This document shows, piece after piece, positions 10,502 through 24,580 of a stretch of 64,000 bases of DNA; the first letter of the stretch is position 1; the number at the start of each line of letters is the position of its first letter. The DNA is from an uncultured delta proteobacterium. GTDB taxonomy: Bacteria > Desulfobacterota > Binatia > UBA9968. The stretch covers positions 64,001 through 128,000 of the forward strand of contig CAVTUQ010000027.1 of the NCBI GenBank assembly GCA_963737905.1, given 5' to 3'. Under the pieces are notes generated by a model. It had not been told where the DNA came from. It ran no database searches and was given only the letters and a program-made list of their open reading frames with translations. The position numbers and the translations under genes were made by a program.

Positions 10502-10994
10502 GGCGTTTATCCTTTCGTGAAGTTTTTGCGACTTTTGGACTGAGTGAATCGGAGTGAGTCTCGTTATGATCGGTCGAACTGGATTCCTGGATGAGGCTTT
10601 GCAGTACCTTCACGAACGGCGGACCCGCAGACTGAAGTTCCTGCAAGTGATGCAGTGAAAGCCGCTTGAGAAACTCTTCGCCGTCGTGAGTTAGCTTTAT
10701 TAGGACTTGTCGCTTGTCGTCTGTGGACCGCAGTCGCAACAAAAAGTTCCGTTCGACGAGACGATCGATCAATTCGACGGTGCTGTGGTGCTGGAGCTGC
10801 ATTCTTTCCGCCAGCACACCGATAGTCGGCTTGAGCGCGTCGGGCAGACCCCTGACGGCCAAGAGCAATTGGTGCTGTTGCGGCTCGATTCCGGCTTGTC
10901 GCGCCGCGTTTTCGCTGAAGCGCAAAAACCGGCGGATCTGGTAGCGCAATTCGGCCATCGCTTTGTAATTCGCTTGTCGGGGGATCCGGGGCAT
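10494..10994 (-). CDS. MarR-family transcriptional regulator
   Basis: QQHQLLLAVRG, LAERMQLQHHSTVELIDRL, DKRQVLIKLT winged-helix motif. Confidence 0.88.
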   Translation of the reverse strand: MPRIPRQANYKAMAELRYQIRRFLRFSENAARQAGIEPQQHQLLLAVRGLPDALKPTIGVLAERMQLQHHSTVELIDRLVERNFLLRLRSTDDKRQVLIKLTHDGEEFLKRLSLHHLQELQSAGPPFVKVLQSLIQESSSTDHNETHSDSLSPKVAKTSRKDKRHG

Positions 10995-10996
10995 AT

Positions 10997-11028
10997 ATAT
11001 CGGTTAACGATATTATCGTGACACGACA
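10997..11028. promoter_or_regulatory. Tandem palindromic operator boxes abutting the MarR start codon
   Basis: ATATCG-GTTAA-CGATAT (10997-11013) and TCGTG-A-CACGA (11016-11026). Confidence 0.55.
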
Positions 11029-11251
11029 CATATTCCTTTAACTCTACTTTGTCAAGTTCGAATATTGGCCCGAGCGTGCCGTTCGGTGCGTGCCAGGGTG
11101 ACGCAACAAAGACGCCAGCTAGGCGGGGGTTCGCTTTTTGTTGACAGAAGGCCAAAGCGGGTTCCCACTCGCGCTAAGACCGCTGAAAAGTAAAGCTTTG
11201 TTGACTTCGGCGGATTTTTCCTTTAAAAAAAAGACTTTGGGAATGTTACCT

Positions 11252-11566
11252 ATGAAGTATGCAGTCATTAGAACAGGTGGGAAGCAGTACCGTGTCTCCG
11301 AAGGGCAGCTTGTCAAAGTCGAGAAGCTCGCGGGTGCGGTGGGTGACACGGTGACATTGGCTGATGTGTTGTTCATTGGCGGCAATGGCGAAGTCAAAAT
11401 CGGCTCGCCGTTGGTATCCAACGCTACGGTGACGGGCGAGATCGTCAGTCAGGCTAGAGCAAAGAAAATACTGGTCTTCAAAAAGAAAAGGCGCAAAAGT
11501 TATAGCCGCCAGCACGGCCACCGCCAGTATCAAACAACTCTAAAGATCACGGCAATCGAAGCCTAA
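11252..11566 (+). CDS. rplU: 50S ribosomal protein L21
   Basis: MKYAVIRTGGKQYRV...GHRQ. Confidence 0.98.
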   Translation: MKYAVIRTGGKQYRVSEGQLVKVEKLAGAVGDTVTLADVLFIGGNGEVKIGSPLVSNATVTGEIVSQARAKKILVFKKKRRKSYSRQHGHRQYQTTLKITAIEA

Positions 11567-11577
11567 AGGAGCAGTGA

Positions 11578-11832
11578 ATGGCCCATAAGAAAGCCGGGGG
11601 AAGTTCCCGTAACGGACGCGACAGCCAAGGGCAGAGACGAGGGGTTAAGGTATTCGGCGGCGAAACAGTGCGGGCCGGCAATATTATTGTTCGCCAACTG
11701 GGTACTCGTATCCACCCGGGGAAAAACGTGGGTATGGGTCGGGACTTTACGTTGTTCGCCAAGGTCGACGGAATCGTCAAGTACGATCGCCTCGACAAGG
11801 AACGCAAGCGGGTTAACGTAACGCCTGCCTAG
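11578..11832 (+). CDS. rpmA: 50S ribosomal protein L27
   Basis: [16 protein letters not shown]. Confidence 0.99.
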   Translation: MAHKKAGGSSRNGRDSQGQRRGVKVFGGETVRAGNIIVRQLGTRIHPGKNVGMGRDFTLFAKVDGIVKYDRLDKERKRVNVTPA

Positions 11833-11851
11833 CGTGGCGTAGTGTGAATCG

Positions 11852-11878
11852 AAAAGCCCCTTACGGGGCTTTTTTTTT
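11852..11878 (+). terminator. Rho-independent terminator after rpmA
   Basis: AAAAGCCCC-TTAC-GGGGCTTTT plus long T run. Confidence 0.9.
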
Positions 11879-11915
11879 GCCCGCATAAAGGCAATGATGG
11901 GCCCGCGGGTGGCAA

Positions 11916-12956
11916 ATGAAGTTCATTGACGAAGTAAAAATCCGCGTCATCGCGGGTGACGGCGGGCGGGGCTGCGTCAGTTTCCGGCGCGAAAAATTCG
12001 TCCCTCGCGGCGGCCCCAATGGCGGCAATGGTGGAAAAGGTGGAGACGTCATTGCCTTGGCCGATCCGCAGCTTACGACGCTTCTGGACCTGCGCTACCA
12101 AAAACAGTACAAGGCGGGTCGCGGCGAGCATGGATTGGGGAAAGATCAGCACGGAAAAACGGGCGAAGACCGGATCATCAAGGTTCCCGTCGGCACCATC
12201 ATTCGAGATGCCGGAACCGGTGAACTACTGGGAGATTTAAAGGAGGCTCAGCAACAAGTTGTCGTGGCCGCCGGTGGCCGAGGGGGCAAGGGCAACGCCC
12301 ATTTCGTTTCGTCGACTCATCGAAGTCCGCGCTTCGCCCAACCCGGCGAGCCGGGGGAAGACAAGGAATTAGAAATCGAGCTCAGGTTGTTGGCCGACGT
12401 TGGTATTATCGGCCTACCTAATGCCGGAAAATCAACCTTGATCGCCGCGATTTCCGCCGTGCGACCGAAGATTGCCGACTATCCATTCACGACTCTGGTG
12501 CCCAACCTGGGTGTCGTCGGCTATGGGGATGGGAAGAGTTTTGTGGTAGCGGATATTCCCGGACTTATCGAAGGGGCGCACGAAGGCCACGGGTTGGGAG
12601 ACAAGTTTTTGCGGCATGTGACGCGGACGAGTTTGTTGATTCATTTGCTGGATGCATCGAATATCGATGAAAAAGATCCGATCGCCCAGTGGAGGACCGT
12701 CAACCGGGAGCTCGAACTGTTCGATCCGGAGCTGGGGAAAAAACCACAGCTCGTTGTGGCCAACAAAATCGACCTGCCGGCGGGAAAAAACGGAGCGGAA
12801 CTTCTGGCGAAACAATTGCCGAAGGGCTACCAGCCGCCGCACACCATTTCCGCTGCAACGATGGAGGGGGTGCGAAGGTTAGTGCAGTATCTTGGGATGA
12901 GATTGGAAGAGATCAAGAGACAAGATGAAACCGCCCATGAGGCAGCTGGATTATAA
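11916..12956 (+). CDS. obgE: GTPase Obg
   Basis: MKFIDEVKI, Gly-rich Obg fold, GLPNAGKST, DIPG, NKID. Confidence 0.98.
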   Translation: MKFIDEVKIRVIAGDGGRGCVSFRREKFVPRGGPNGGNGGKGGDVIALADPQLTTLLDLRYQKQYKAGRGEHGLGKDQHGKTGEDRIIKVPVGTIIRDAGTGELLGDLKEAQQQVVVAAGGRGGKGNAHFVSSTHRSPRFAQPGEPGEDKELEIELRLLADVGIIGLPNAGKSTLIAAISAVRPKIADYPFTTLVPNLGVVGYGDGKSFVVADIPGLIEGAHEGHGLGDKFLRHVTRTSLLIHLLDASNIDEKDPIAQWRTVNRELELFDPELGKKPQLVVANKIDLPAGKNGAELLAKQLPKGYQPPHTISAATMEGVRRLVQYLGMRLEEIKRQDETAHEAAGL

Positions 12957-14073
12957 GAAGCAGATCTTGCGCCGCGCCCGCCGCGTTATTGTCAAAATCG
13001 GGAGTCAAATCCTCTCGTCACAAAATGGGATGGAGGAGGGGCGGCTAAAGGACTTGGTGCGCGATCTCGCAGCTCTCCATGATCAAAAAAAAGACCTTAT
13101 TGTGGTGAGCTCCGGCGCGGTCTCCGCAGGAATGACGCGCCTCGGCGTCAAAGAGAGACCCAGGACCATTCCACAGAAACAGGCATTGGCCGCAGTCGGC
13201 CAGATCAAACTGATGGCGATGTACGAGCGCTATTTCTCGCGTTTCGAGAAGAATGTTGCGCAGGTGCTGTTGACCCACGAAGATCTTGCGAATCGTCAAC
13301 GCTATTTGAACGCAAAGCATACCTTTCAAATGTTGCTGGAATCGTCGATCATCCCCATCGTCAATGAGAATGACACGGTGGCGGTGGAGGAAATGAAGTT
13401 CGGGGATAACGACCATTTATCCGCTCTTGTGGCAACCCTGCTTGAAGCGGATCTGCTGGTGATTCTAAGCGACGTTCAAGGGGTTTATGACCGAGATCCT
13501 AGAGTTTATAGCGACGCTGAATGGATTGCTTTGATAACCGACATTAAAGAGACGGCGCGGAAAATCAGCGGCGAGAGCCAAAGCCCGTTTGGGACCGGCG
13601 GCATTGCGACGAAGCTGGATGCCGCGGAGAAGGCGGCGGCGGCGGGAATTCCGACCTTGATTAGCAGCGGCCTGCAAGCCGGAGCGCTTAGCCGGGTCTT
13701 TGATTCAACTGAGGAAGTGGGCACGCTGATCATTCCCGACGAGAATCGTTTGACCATTCGAAAGCACTGGATCGCCTACAATCTAAAACCCGCGGGCGAG
13801 ATCGTTGTCGATGAGGGCGCCCATGACGCTGTCGTCAGCCGGGGAAAAAGCTTGTTACCCTCCGGTTTGAAGGAAATTCGCGGTTCCTTTGGTGTGGGTG
13901 AATGTGTGCGCTGTCTTGATCCACAGGGACGAGAGTTCGCCCGCGGCTTGGTCAATTACAACGCCCAGGAGTTGAATCAGATCAAAGGATTGCATACAAG
14001 CAAGATTGACAAAGTCCTGGGCTACAAGGCTTACGACGAGATTATTCACCGGGATGATCTTGTGATTCTATAG
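12925..14073 (+). CDS. proB: Glutamate 5-kinase (alternative start 12937)
   Basis: VKIGS, SSGAV, NENDTV, GDND, C-terminal PUA domain IHRDDL. Confidence 0.97.
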   Translation: MKPPMRQLDYKKQILRRARRVIVKIGSQILSSQNGMEEGRLKDLVRDLAALHDQKKDLIVVSSGAVSAGMTRLGVKERPRTIPQKQALAAVGQIKLMAMYERYFSRFEKNVAQVLLTHEDLANRQRYLNAKHTFQMLLESSIIPIVNENDTVAVEEMKFGDNDHLSALVATLLEADLLVILSDVQGVYDRDPRVYSDAEWIALITDIKETARKISGESQSPFGTGGIATKLDAAEKAAAAGIPTLISSGLQAGALSRVFDSTEEVGTLIIPDENRLTIRKHWIAYNLKPAGEIVVDEGAHDAVVSRGKSLLPSGLKEIRGSFGVGECVRCLDPQGREFARGLVNYNAQELNQIKGLHTSKIDKVLGYKAYDEIIHRDDLVIL

Positions 14074-14076
14074 AGC

Positions 14077-15348
14077 ATGTCCATTAAGCAGGAATCCATA
14101 GAAGACGAAGCGATCCGCTTGGCTAAGCAGGCCAAGGCGGCGTCTCGGCAACTGGCGCCGATCTCTTCAGCCGAAAAAAACCGCGCCCTCCATTTGATGG
14201 CGGACCGGCTCGAGGCGCAAAGCGATTACCTCCTCGAAGAAAACAAGAAAGACCTGGACGCCGCGAAGAAAGCGGGTGCCTCCGGCGCCCTGCTCGACCG
14301 AATTGCGCTCGATCCCGGTCGGGTTTACGGGATGGCGAAAGGCCTTCGAGACGTTGCCGTCTTGCCTGATCCCGTGCGCGAGGTCGTGAAAATGTGGCGG
14401 CGGCCCAACGGGCTACAAGTCGGGAGGATGCGAATCCCGCTTGGTGTCATCGCTATCATTTACGAGGCGCGGCCGAATGTTACGGCGGACGCAGCGGCGC
14501 TGTGCCTCAAGTCCGGCAATGCCGTCATTCTCAGAGGCGGTAGCGAGGCGCATTTTTCCAATCATGCGATCGGGCAGATCTTAAGAAAGGCTTGTGCAGA
14601 GACGCGTGTGCCGCGGGAGGCGGTGCAAATTGTCCAGACTAAAGACCATGCTTTCGTCAAGCAGCTGCTCCAGCTGGAAGAATACATTGACCTGGTTATC
14701 CCGCGGGGTGGCGAAGAACTGATTCGGACCGTGGCCGGCCATTCGAAGGTGCCGGTGATTAAGCACTACAAGGGGGTATGTCACATCTACGTCGATGCCG
14801 ACGCTTCCCTGGAGATGGCGGAGCGTATTTGCATGAACGCTAAAGTGCAGCGCCCATCGGTGTGCAACGCCATGGAGACACTTCTTGTGCATGAAGCGAT
14901 AGCGGCCACATTGTTACCTTCTTTGATTGCCAAATATCAAGCCGCGGGGGTGGAAATCCGGGGGTGTGAAAAAACCTGCGCTCTGGTTGCCGGAGTTAAA
15001 AAAGCCACGGAGGCGGACTGGAACACCGAGTACCTTGATCTGATTCTCTCGATACGAGTCGTAAAAGATATGGATGAAGCCATCGATCACATTCAGCGCT
15101 ACGGCTCTGAGCATACAGAGAGTATCGTCACCACTAGTTATCAGAGCTCGAGAGATTTTATCGATCGAGTGAATTCATCCGCGGTCATGGTCAACGCTTC
15201 TACCCGGTTTAACGATGGGGGCGAATTGGGGTTGGGCGCGGAGATCGGCATCAGCACGAGCAAGATTCACGCCTTCGGGCCCATGGGATTGGAAGAGCTG
15301 ACGACGACCAAGTTTGTTGTGTTGGGGGATGGGCAGATCCGGGAATGA
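14077..15348 (+). CDS. proA: Gamma-glutamyl phosphate reductase
   Basis: PLGVIAIIYEARPNVT, CNAMETLL, NASTRFNDG, GPMGLEEL. Confidence 0.97.
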   Translation: MSIKQESIEDEAIRLAKQAKAASRQLAPISSAEKNRALHLMADRLEAQSDYLLEENKKDLDAAKKAGASGALLDRIALDPGRVYGMAKGLRDVAVLPDPVREVVKMWRRPNGLQVGRMRIPLGVIAIIYEARPNVTADAAALCLKSGNAVILRGGSEAHFSNHAIGQILRKACAETRVPREAVQIVQTKDHAFVKQLLQLEEYIDLVIPRGGEELIRTVAGHSKVPVIKHYKGVCHIYVDADASLEMAERICMNAKVQRPSVCNAMETLLVHEAIAATLLPSLIAKYQAAGVEIRGCEKTCALVAGVKKATEADWNTEYLDLILSIRVVKDMDEAIDHIQRYGSEHTESIVTTSYQSSRDFIDRVNSSAVMVNASTRFNDGGELGLGAEIGISTSKIHAFGPMGLEELTTTKFVVLGDGQIRE

Positions 15349-15384
15349 CGACTCCCCTGAGAAAAACCCACCCTCCCTTCGTCA

Positions 15385-15417
15385 GTTTCAGTTTCGAGTT
15401 TCGGGTTTCGAGTTCGA
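15385..15417. repeat. Heptamer tandem repeat GTTTCG(A/G)
   Basis: GTTTCA GTTTCGA GTTTCGG GTTTCGA GTTCGA in the proA-nadD spacer. Confidence 0.6.
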
Positions 15418-15537
15418 AAAGGGTTCGAAGATCAATCCTTCTGGTCCCGGCGGTGACGTTCTAGCCCACGCAATGTTCGTGCGCCTCGCATCTGGAAACT
15501 TTGTGAGCGGTCTGCACCGGAAACGAATCAATACCCC

Positions 15538-16200
15538 ATGAGGATCGGTCTTTTCGGCGGCACTTTCGATCCGATTCATTGGGGCCATCTTCGCAGCGCC
15601 GAAGAGGTGAGCGAAAGCTTTGATCTAGATCGTGTCCTTTTTATTCCTGCCTCGATTCCGCCTCACAAGAGAGGGCAAACGACGACGCCGGCACGGGACC
15701 GCCTGGCGATGGTTCGTTTGGCGGTGGCAAAGAATCCCCGCTTTGAGGTATCGACGGTGGAGATTGCGCGGCCCGGCGTTTCCTATTCCATCGATACGGT
15801 CCGCCATTTCGCCAAACGAAAACGCCAGGGCGATTCACTTTTTTTTATCATTGGTCTCGATGCCTTCCGGGAAATCGGCTCCTGGAAGGACTTTGCAGGG
15901 ATTTTTCCGCTTTGTGATTTTATTGTGACTTCCCGGCCTGGCAGTAAAGACAGCGATCCGCTTCGCGGCACCGGCGTTGCCGTAAAAAAACTCTTTTGTT
16001 ATGATTTTAAAGGGAGACACTATCGACACGGGAGCGGCAGCCGCGTTTTCTTTATTAAACTAACGGATATCTCTATTTCAGCATCGGATATAAGAGGGCG
16101 AGTAAAGGAAGGTAAGTCTATTCGGTACTTGGTGCCTTCGAGAGTTGAGACTTATATTAAAAAACAAGGCCTCTATCGAAATCACCGGGAGGAGCGTTAA
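15538..16200 (+). CDS. nadD: Nicotinate-nucleotide adenylyltransferase
   Basis: GGTFDPIHWGH (HxGH), PPHK, IIGLDAF, ISASDIR. Confidence 0.96.
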   Translation: MRIGLFGGTFDPIHWGHLRSAEEVSESFDLDRVLFIPASIPPHKRGQTTTPARDRLAMVRLAVAKNPRFEVSTVEIARPGVSYSIDTVRHFAKRKRQGDSLFFIIGLDAFREIGSWKDFAGIFPLCDFIVTSRPGSKDSDPLRGTGVAVKKLFCYDFKGRHYRHGSGSRVFFIKLTDISISASDIRGRVKEGKSIRYLVPSRVETYIKKQGLYRNHREER

Positions 16201-16205
16201 AGGCT

Positions 16206-16610
16206 TTGGCAGCGATTAGCTCCTGGGACAAAGTCCTTCTCCTGACGCGATTCGCCTTGGAGAAAAAGGCCCGTGATCTCGTCGTGATGGAAGTCCGCGA
16301 ACTGACTTCCATCGCAGACTATTTCATTATCTGTTCAGGGAGTTCCGATCGACAGGTTCAGAGCATTGCCCAAGGGGTCGAAGAGAATTTAAGCGAGGCC
16401 GGTCATTCCCCGCTGTCTGTGGAAGGCGCCCATCGCGGCCATTGGGTGTTAATGGATTTTTCCGACGTCATCGTGCACATTTTCTACGAACCGGTGCGCG
16501 AGTTCTACGATCTCGAAGGACTGTGGGGGCACGCACCCCGCGTTGAGCTGCCCGAGCCTTATTCAAAATTGGTCGACCAGTTTCAAGCCGCGGATCACCA
16601 GCTATCGTAA
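16206..16610 (+). CDS. rsfS: Ribosome silencing factor
   Basis: EKKARD, DYFIICSG, WVLMDFSDVIVHIF, REFYDLEGLW. Confidence 0.95.
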   Translation: MAAISSWDKVLLLTRFALEKKARDLVVMEVRELTSIADYFIICSGSSDRQVQSIAQGVEENLSEAGHSPLSVEGAHRGHWVLMDFSDVIVHIFYEPVREFYDLEGLWGHAPRVELPEPYSKLVDQFQAADHQLS

Positions 16611-16690
16611 GAGCATAGAATGGACTCAGCTTCGATTGACCTTCAGCGGGCGACCCTTCGTGCGGCAATCCCAAAGAAAAGGAAAGCCTC

Positions 16691-18235
16691 TTGAGGACAA
16701 AGCAACCCGTGATTCTAGTGATCTTGGACGGATGGGGAATCAATCCAAGAAAAGAGGGTAATGCCATTGCTCAGGCTTCGATTCCGAACATCGATAAGTT
16801 GACTCGGGAGTTTCCGGTGTCGAGTCTCTCTATGTCTGGAGTGGATGTCGGTTTGCCTGAAGGCCAAATGGGAAATTCCGAAGTCGGCCACATGATCCTC
16901 GGCGCGGGACGCATCGTCTACCAAGATCTCACGCTTATTCACAAAGACATTGATAAAGGCACTTTCTATAGCAATAGGAATCTCCTGGATGCCCTGAGAA
17001 AGACGCGGGATAAGACTGGCCGGCTTCACTTGATGGGTCTATTGGGGGATGGCGGCGTGCACAGCCATCAGCGTCACATGGAAGCATTGATTGAGATGGC
17101 GCGGCGCGAAAAGGTCGGGACCGTTTTTCTCCATCTCTTTCTGGACGGCCGGGATACTCCGCCGAACAGCGCTGAGCAGTTCGTGCTCGATCTCAACGAG
17201 AAGCTGAAGGCTTATCCGGAGGTTCGGATTGCCACGGTGAGCGGGCGATACTATGCCATGGATCGCGACAAACGATGGGACAGAACCGAGAAAGCGTACC
17301 TTTGCTTGACCGAGGGGTCCGGAAACAAAGCGAATTCGGCGTTGGAGGCGATTCGCGAAAGTTACGAGCAAAAAGTCACGGATGAGTTTGTTTTACCGAC
17401 CGTCATCAGCGGTGGGGCGCCGGAGGGCTTGATCCGTGACGGCGACGGGGTGATCTTCTTCAATTTTAGGGCCGACCGGGCGCGGCAGTTGACCCGCGCC
17501 CTGACGGAAGAGGATTTCACAGAGTTTCCGCGCAAGCGACGCGTGGTGCTTTCTGCGTTTGCAACGATGACGCAATACGACGAAACCTTCAAAGTGCCGG
17601 TCGCCTATCCGCCCAGGGAAATCAAAAAGATTCTTGGGGAACTCGCGAGTCAAGCGGGGATCCGCCAGCTACGTGTCGCGGAGACGGAAAAGTACGCGCA
17701 TGTGACGTACTTTTTTAACGGGGGCGAAGAGAGTAAATTCCCAGGTGAAGAGCGCATTCTGATCCCTTCACCCAAAGATGTCGCTACCTATGATCTGAAG
17801 CCCGAGATGAGCGCTCGCAAAGTGACGGAGGCCCTGATCGAGCAATTGCGCGAACACGATATCGGCTTGGTCGTTGCCAACTATGCGAATGCCGACATGG
17901 TGGGTCATACCGGGAACTTTGAGGCCGCGGTGAAAGCTTGCGAAGTCATCGACGAGTGCCTCGGCAGAGTGGTGGACGCTGCGATGGGCAAGAAGGGTAA
18001 AATGATCATCACGGCGGACCACGGCAACATCGAGCAGCTCATCGACTACGATACGGGCATGCCGCACACGGCCCATACCACCAACCGGGTGCCGCTGATT
18101 TTGGTCGATGAAGAGCGGAAAAAGAGCCGCCTGAACAAAGGAACCGCCATCGATGTTGCGCCCACAGTTTTACAGCTTCTCGAATTGCCTCAACCCGAGG
18201 AGATGACCGGTCACTCATTGGTCGTCGATTCCTAA
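16691..18235 (+). CDS. gpmI: 2,3-bisphosphoglycerate-independent phosphoglycerate mutase
   Basis: ILDGWG, GQMGNSEVGH, DGRDT, AETEKYAHVTYFFNGG, ITADHGN. Confidence 0.97.
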   Translation: MRTKQPVILVILDGWGINPRKEGNAIAQASIPNIDKLTREFPVSSLSMSGVDVGLPEGQMGNSEVGHMILGAGRIVYQDLTLIHKDIDKGTFYSNRNLLDALRKTRDKTGRLHLMGLLGDGGVHSHQRHMEALIEMARREKVGTVFLHLFLDGRDTPPNSAEQFVLDLNEKLKAYPEVRIATVSGRYYAMDRDKRWDRTEKAYLCLTEGSGNKANSALEAIRESYEQKVTDEFVLPTVISGGAPEGLIRDGDGVIFFNFRADRARQLTRALTEEDFTEFPRKRRVVLSAFATMTQYDETFKVPVAYPPREIKKILGELASQAGIRQLRVAETEKYAHVTYFFNGGEESKFPGEERILIPSPKDVATYDLKPEMSARKVTEALIEQLREHDIGLVVANYANADMVGHTGNFEAAVKACEVIDECLGRVVDAAMGKKGKMIITADHGNIEQLIDYDTGMPHTAHTTNRVPLILVDEERKKSRLNKGTAIDVAPTVLQLLELPQPEEMTGHSLVVDS

Positions 18236-18333
18236 CCGGGACGTGGCTGTCCTCCTCTCCGATTAGCATCCGCGTTGGCCTTTATCGCCTTCTTCTGTTT
18301 ACCTTCACTGATCTGGTAAGATCGGATGGCTCT

Positions 18334-19098
18334 ATGGATCTGGCGCTACAACCCACGCTCACAGATCGTTTTGATTGGCTGGTTGATTGGCTATATCCCC
18401 CGCGCTGCCGCGCCTGCGGCGGTAGAATTTACGGACGCGATGCTGAGTACTTGTGCGGCGAGTGTTGGCCTCAGATCCGCCTCGTTTCCCATCCATTGTG
18501 CAGCGTATGCGGCCGCCCGTTCTTCGACGCCAGCGGAGATGACCATCATTGTGCCGCCTGTTTGGCGCGACCGCCCTATTTCGTCCGCGCCCGAGCCTGG
18601 GGCTGCTATCCCAGAGACGAGATTGCCGAGCATCCACTCCGCCAGGTGGTGCAAAAGTTCAAATACGGCCGCAAAGTTTCTCTCGGTAAGCCATTGGGAC
18701 GGCTCATGGCGCAAGGTTGTCAGGAATTCTTAAAGGAGTGTCAGGCGGATTTGATTGTTCCTGTTCCTCTTCATCCTAAGCGGCTACGGTGGCGAGGATT
18801 CAATCAGTCTCTATTGCTAGCACGGCAGGTCAGTCGCTTATACAAGGTGCCCCTCGAGCCCTTTGTGTTATGCCGCGACAGAGAGACGGCTCCGCAGACT
18901 CTGCTCGCTGAAGACGACAGAAGGAAGAACGTTCGGGGCGCGTTCGCGGTGTATCCCGAGAAATCATTGAAAGAGCGAAAGGTGCTTCTGGTGGACGATG
19001 TTTATACCTCTGGTGCAACGGCGAATGAGTGCAGTCGCGCTTTGGTCCAAGGCGGGGCGACAGAGGTCTATGTAATCACGTTGGCGCGAACGGTTTAG
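18334..19098 (+). CDS. comF: ComF family protein (double zinc ribbon + PRTase)
   Basis: CxxC pairs, VPVPLH, RGFNQS, LLVDDVYTSGAT. Confidence 0.9.
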   Translation: MDLALQPTLTDRFDWLVDWLYPPRCRACGGRIYGRDAEYLCGECWPQIRLVSHPLCSVCGRPFFDASGDDHHCAACLARPPYFVRARAWGCYPRDEIAEHPLRQVVQKFKYGRKVSLGKPLGRLMAQGCQEFLKECQADLIVPVPLHPKRLRWRGFNQSLLLARQVSRLYKVPLEPFVLCRDRETAPQTLLAEDDRRKNVRGAFAVYPEKSLKERKVLLVDDVYTSGATANECSRALVQGGATEVYVITLARTV

Positions 19099-19144
19099 AC
19101 GACCGCTTGGGCCCGCGCCCCGATCGCTCTTGGGAAAATCGACA

Positions 19145-19726
19145 ATGGCTTTGGATGATCGAGCAAGATGGGATGAAAAGCACGCGGCGGAACACGCGAC
19201 GCAAAAACCCTCGAGGTTCTTGAAGGAAATATTCGAAGCCGACTCGTGGCCGCTTCCAAAAGGCCGAGCCTTAGACATCGCCACCGGAAAGGGACGTAAT
19301 GCGATCTTTTTAGCGGAGCGCGGTTTTCAAGTGGTCGGGATCGATATCTCACCGGTTGCCCTGGAAACGGCGCGCCGAATTTCCCGGGAAAAATCCCTGG
19401 CCATCGACTGGCAAGAAGCGGATTTAGAGCGTTTCGATCTTCCCCAGGGGGATTATGACCTGGTTCTGAATCTTAATTATTTGCAGCGGTCTCTGGTGCC
19501 GCAAATCAAAAAGACCCTCAAGCCCGGTGGATGGGTAATCTTTGAGACCTATTTGACCGATCAATCGAAGATCGGTCATGTAACAAGCCCTGCCTATCTC
19601 CTTCTTCACAATGAGCTGCTGGACTTCTTCCGTGATTTTCGTGTTCTTTACTATCGCGAGGGAAAATTCCCACAATCGAGCGGGAGCGAGTTTCGCGCGG
19701 GGCTGTTGGCTCAGAAGGGGAGTTAG
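19145..19726 (+). CDS. Class I SAM-dependent methyltransferase (TehB-like)
   Basis: ALDIATGKGRNA, GIDIS, LKPGG. Confidence 0.85.
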   Translation: MALDDRARWDEKHAAEHATQKPSRFLKEIFEADSWPLPKGRALDIATGKGRNAIFLAERGFQVVGIDISPVALETARRISREKSLAIDWQEADLERFDLPQGDYDLVLNLNYLQRSLVPQIKKTLKPGGWVIFETYLTDQSKIGHVTSPAYLLLHNELLDFFRDFRVLYYREGKFPQSSGSEFRAGLLAQKGS

Positions 19727-19845
19727 AACGAGCTTCGATATTGTGCGCAGATGCCCTGTCGCGTCACCGATCTTAGCGTCTAAAACAAGCCCGCTTCAAG
19801 AATAGTTTTAGGTAGCAATAAATGTCCGGTTGCATATCTATCTAA

Positions 19846-19880
19846 ATATCTATATATTGTGATGTCAAGGTATTTGAAAT
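19846..19880 (+). promoter_or_regulatory. Putative SahR-type operator boxes
   Basis: ATATC-N10-GATGT (19846-19865) and ATGTCAAGGTATTTGAAAT (19862-19880) in an AT-rich promoter overlapping the start codon. Confidence 0.5.
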
Positions 19881-20867
19881 GGATTTCGTTCGTACCCTCA
19901 AGGCCCTGGCCGATCCGATACGGCTTCGCGTGTTAGCGGCCGTGGCGGAAGAAGAGTTGACGGTGGGCGAGGTACAGGAGGTTGTGGAGTCGGTACAGTC
20001 TTCGGTTTCCCGTAATCTCGCGATTCTCCGCGATGCGGGATTCGTGCAAGACCGAAAGGAAGGGACGAATGTCTACTTTTCTGTCCGGCAAGACATGCCC
20101 GAACCGGCAGGCGAATTGTTCAAGTCGTTGCAGGCGCGCATGGCTGAGTTGCCGGAGGCCAAAGGGGACCGGGCGCGTTTAGAAGACTGCCGCCGCCGTC
20201 GGTTGCACCGTTCGCAAGGCTATTTTGAATCGGTGGCCGGTGACTGGGAGCGCATTCGCAAGAGCTATTTTGACGATCGGGTCACCTCCCTCGCCATCGA
20301 AAAGCTGCTGCCGCGCAATCTTGTCCTTGCCGATATCGGCTGCGGGACCGGGAGCTTGACGGTGGAACTGGCGCGATTCGCCGAGAAGGTCATCGGCATC
20401 GATCTCTCCCAGGAAATGTTACGGCGAGCGCGAGATATCGCCAAAGAGAGACAGCTCCGTAACGTCGAGTTCCGCCGCGGCGACGCTCTGAAGCTGCCGT
20501 TGGAAGCGCGCAGCGTTGATGCGGCATTTTGTGTCATGGTGCTGCACTTTCTACCAGATCCGCAAGAAGCCGTCGCCGAGCTTTGTCGGATCACGCGCGG
20601 CGGCGGTTCCGTGATCGTCGTCGACCTGGTCCAACACAATCAAGAATGGATGCGCGAGCAGATGGCCCATCGTTGGCTGGGCTTCGAGAGGAATTCTCTG
20701 GAAGAGTGGTTCCGCGATGCCGGAGTCACTGAAATCACCTATGAGCTGACAGGGGCCTACGCCGGGGAGAAAATGGTCCGCAACGGCAATCGCCCGGTAG
20801 AGATCTTCGTCGCCCGGGCGCACTTACCGATGGGCGAGGGGACTCAACGAACGAGAAAAGCGAACAG

Positions 20868-20871
<4 letters not shown>
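19879..20871 (+). CDS. ArsR-family regulator fused to a SAM-binding methyltransferase domain (SahR-like)
   Basis: [11 protein letters not shown]...[14 protein letters not shown]; DIGCGTG motif; ATGA overlap with metH. Confidence 0.88.
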
Positions 20872-24557
<3,686 letters not shown>

Positions 24558-24580
24558 CGAATGATTCAGTCTCAGCGCGG

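Noticed and set aside
19727-19878. SAM or cobalamin riboswitch ahead of metH
   Set aside because: Short AT-rich spacer without recognisable aptamer motifs; operator-like palindromes explain it better.
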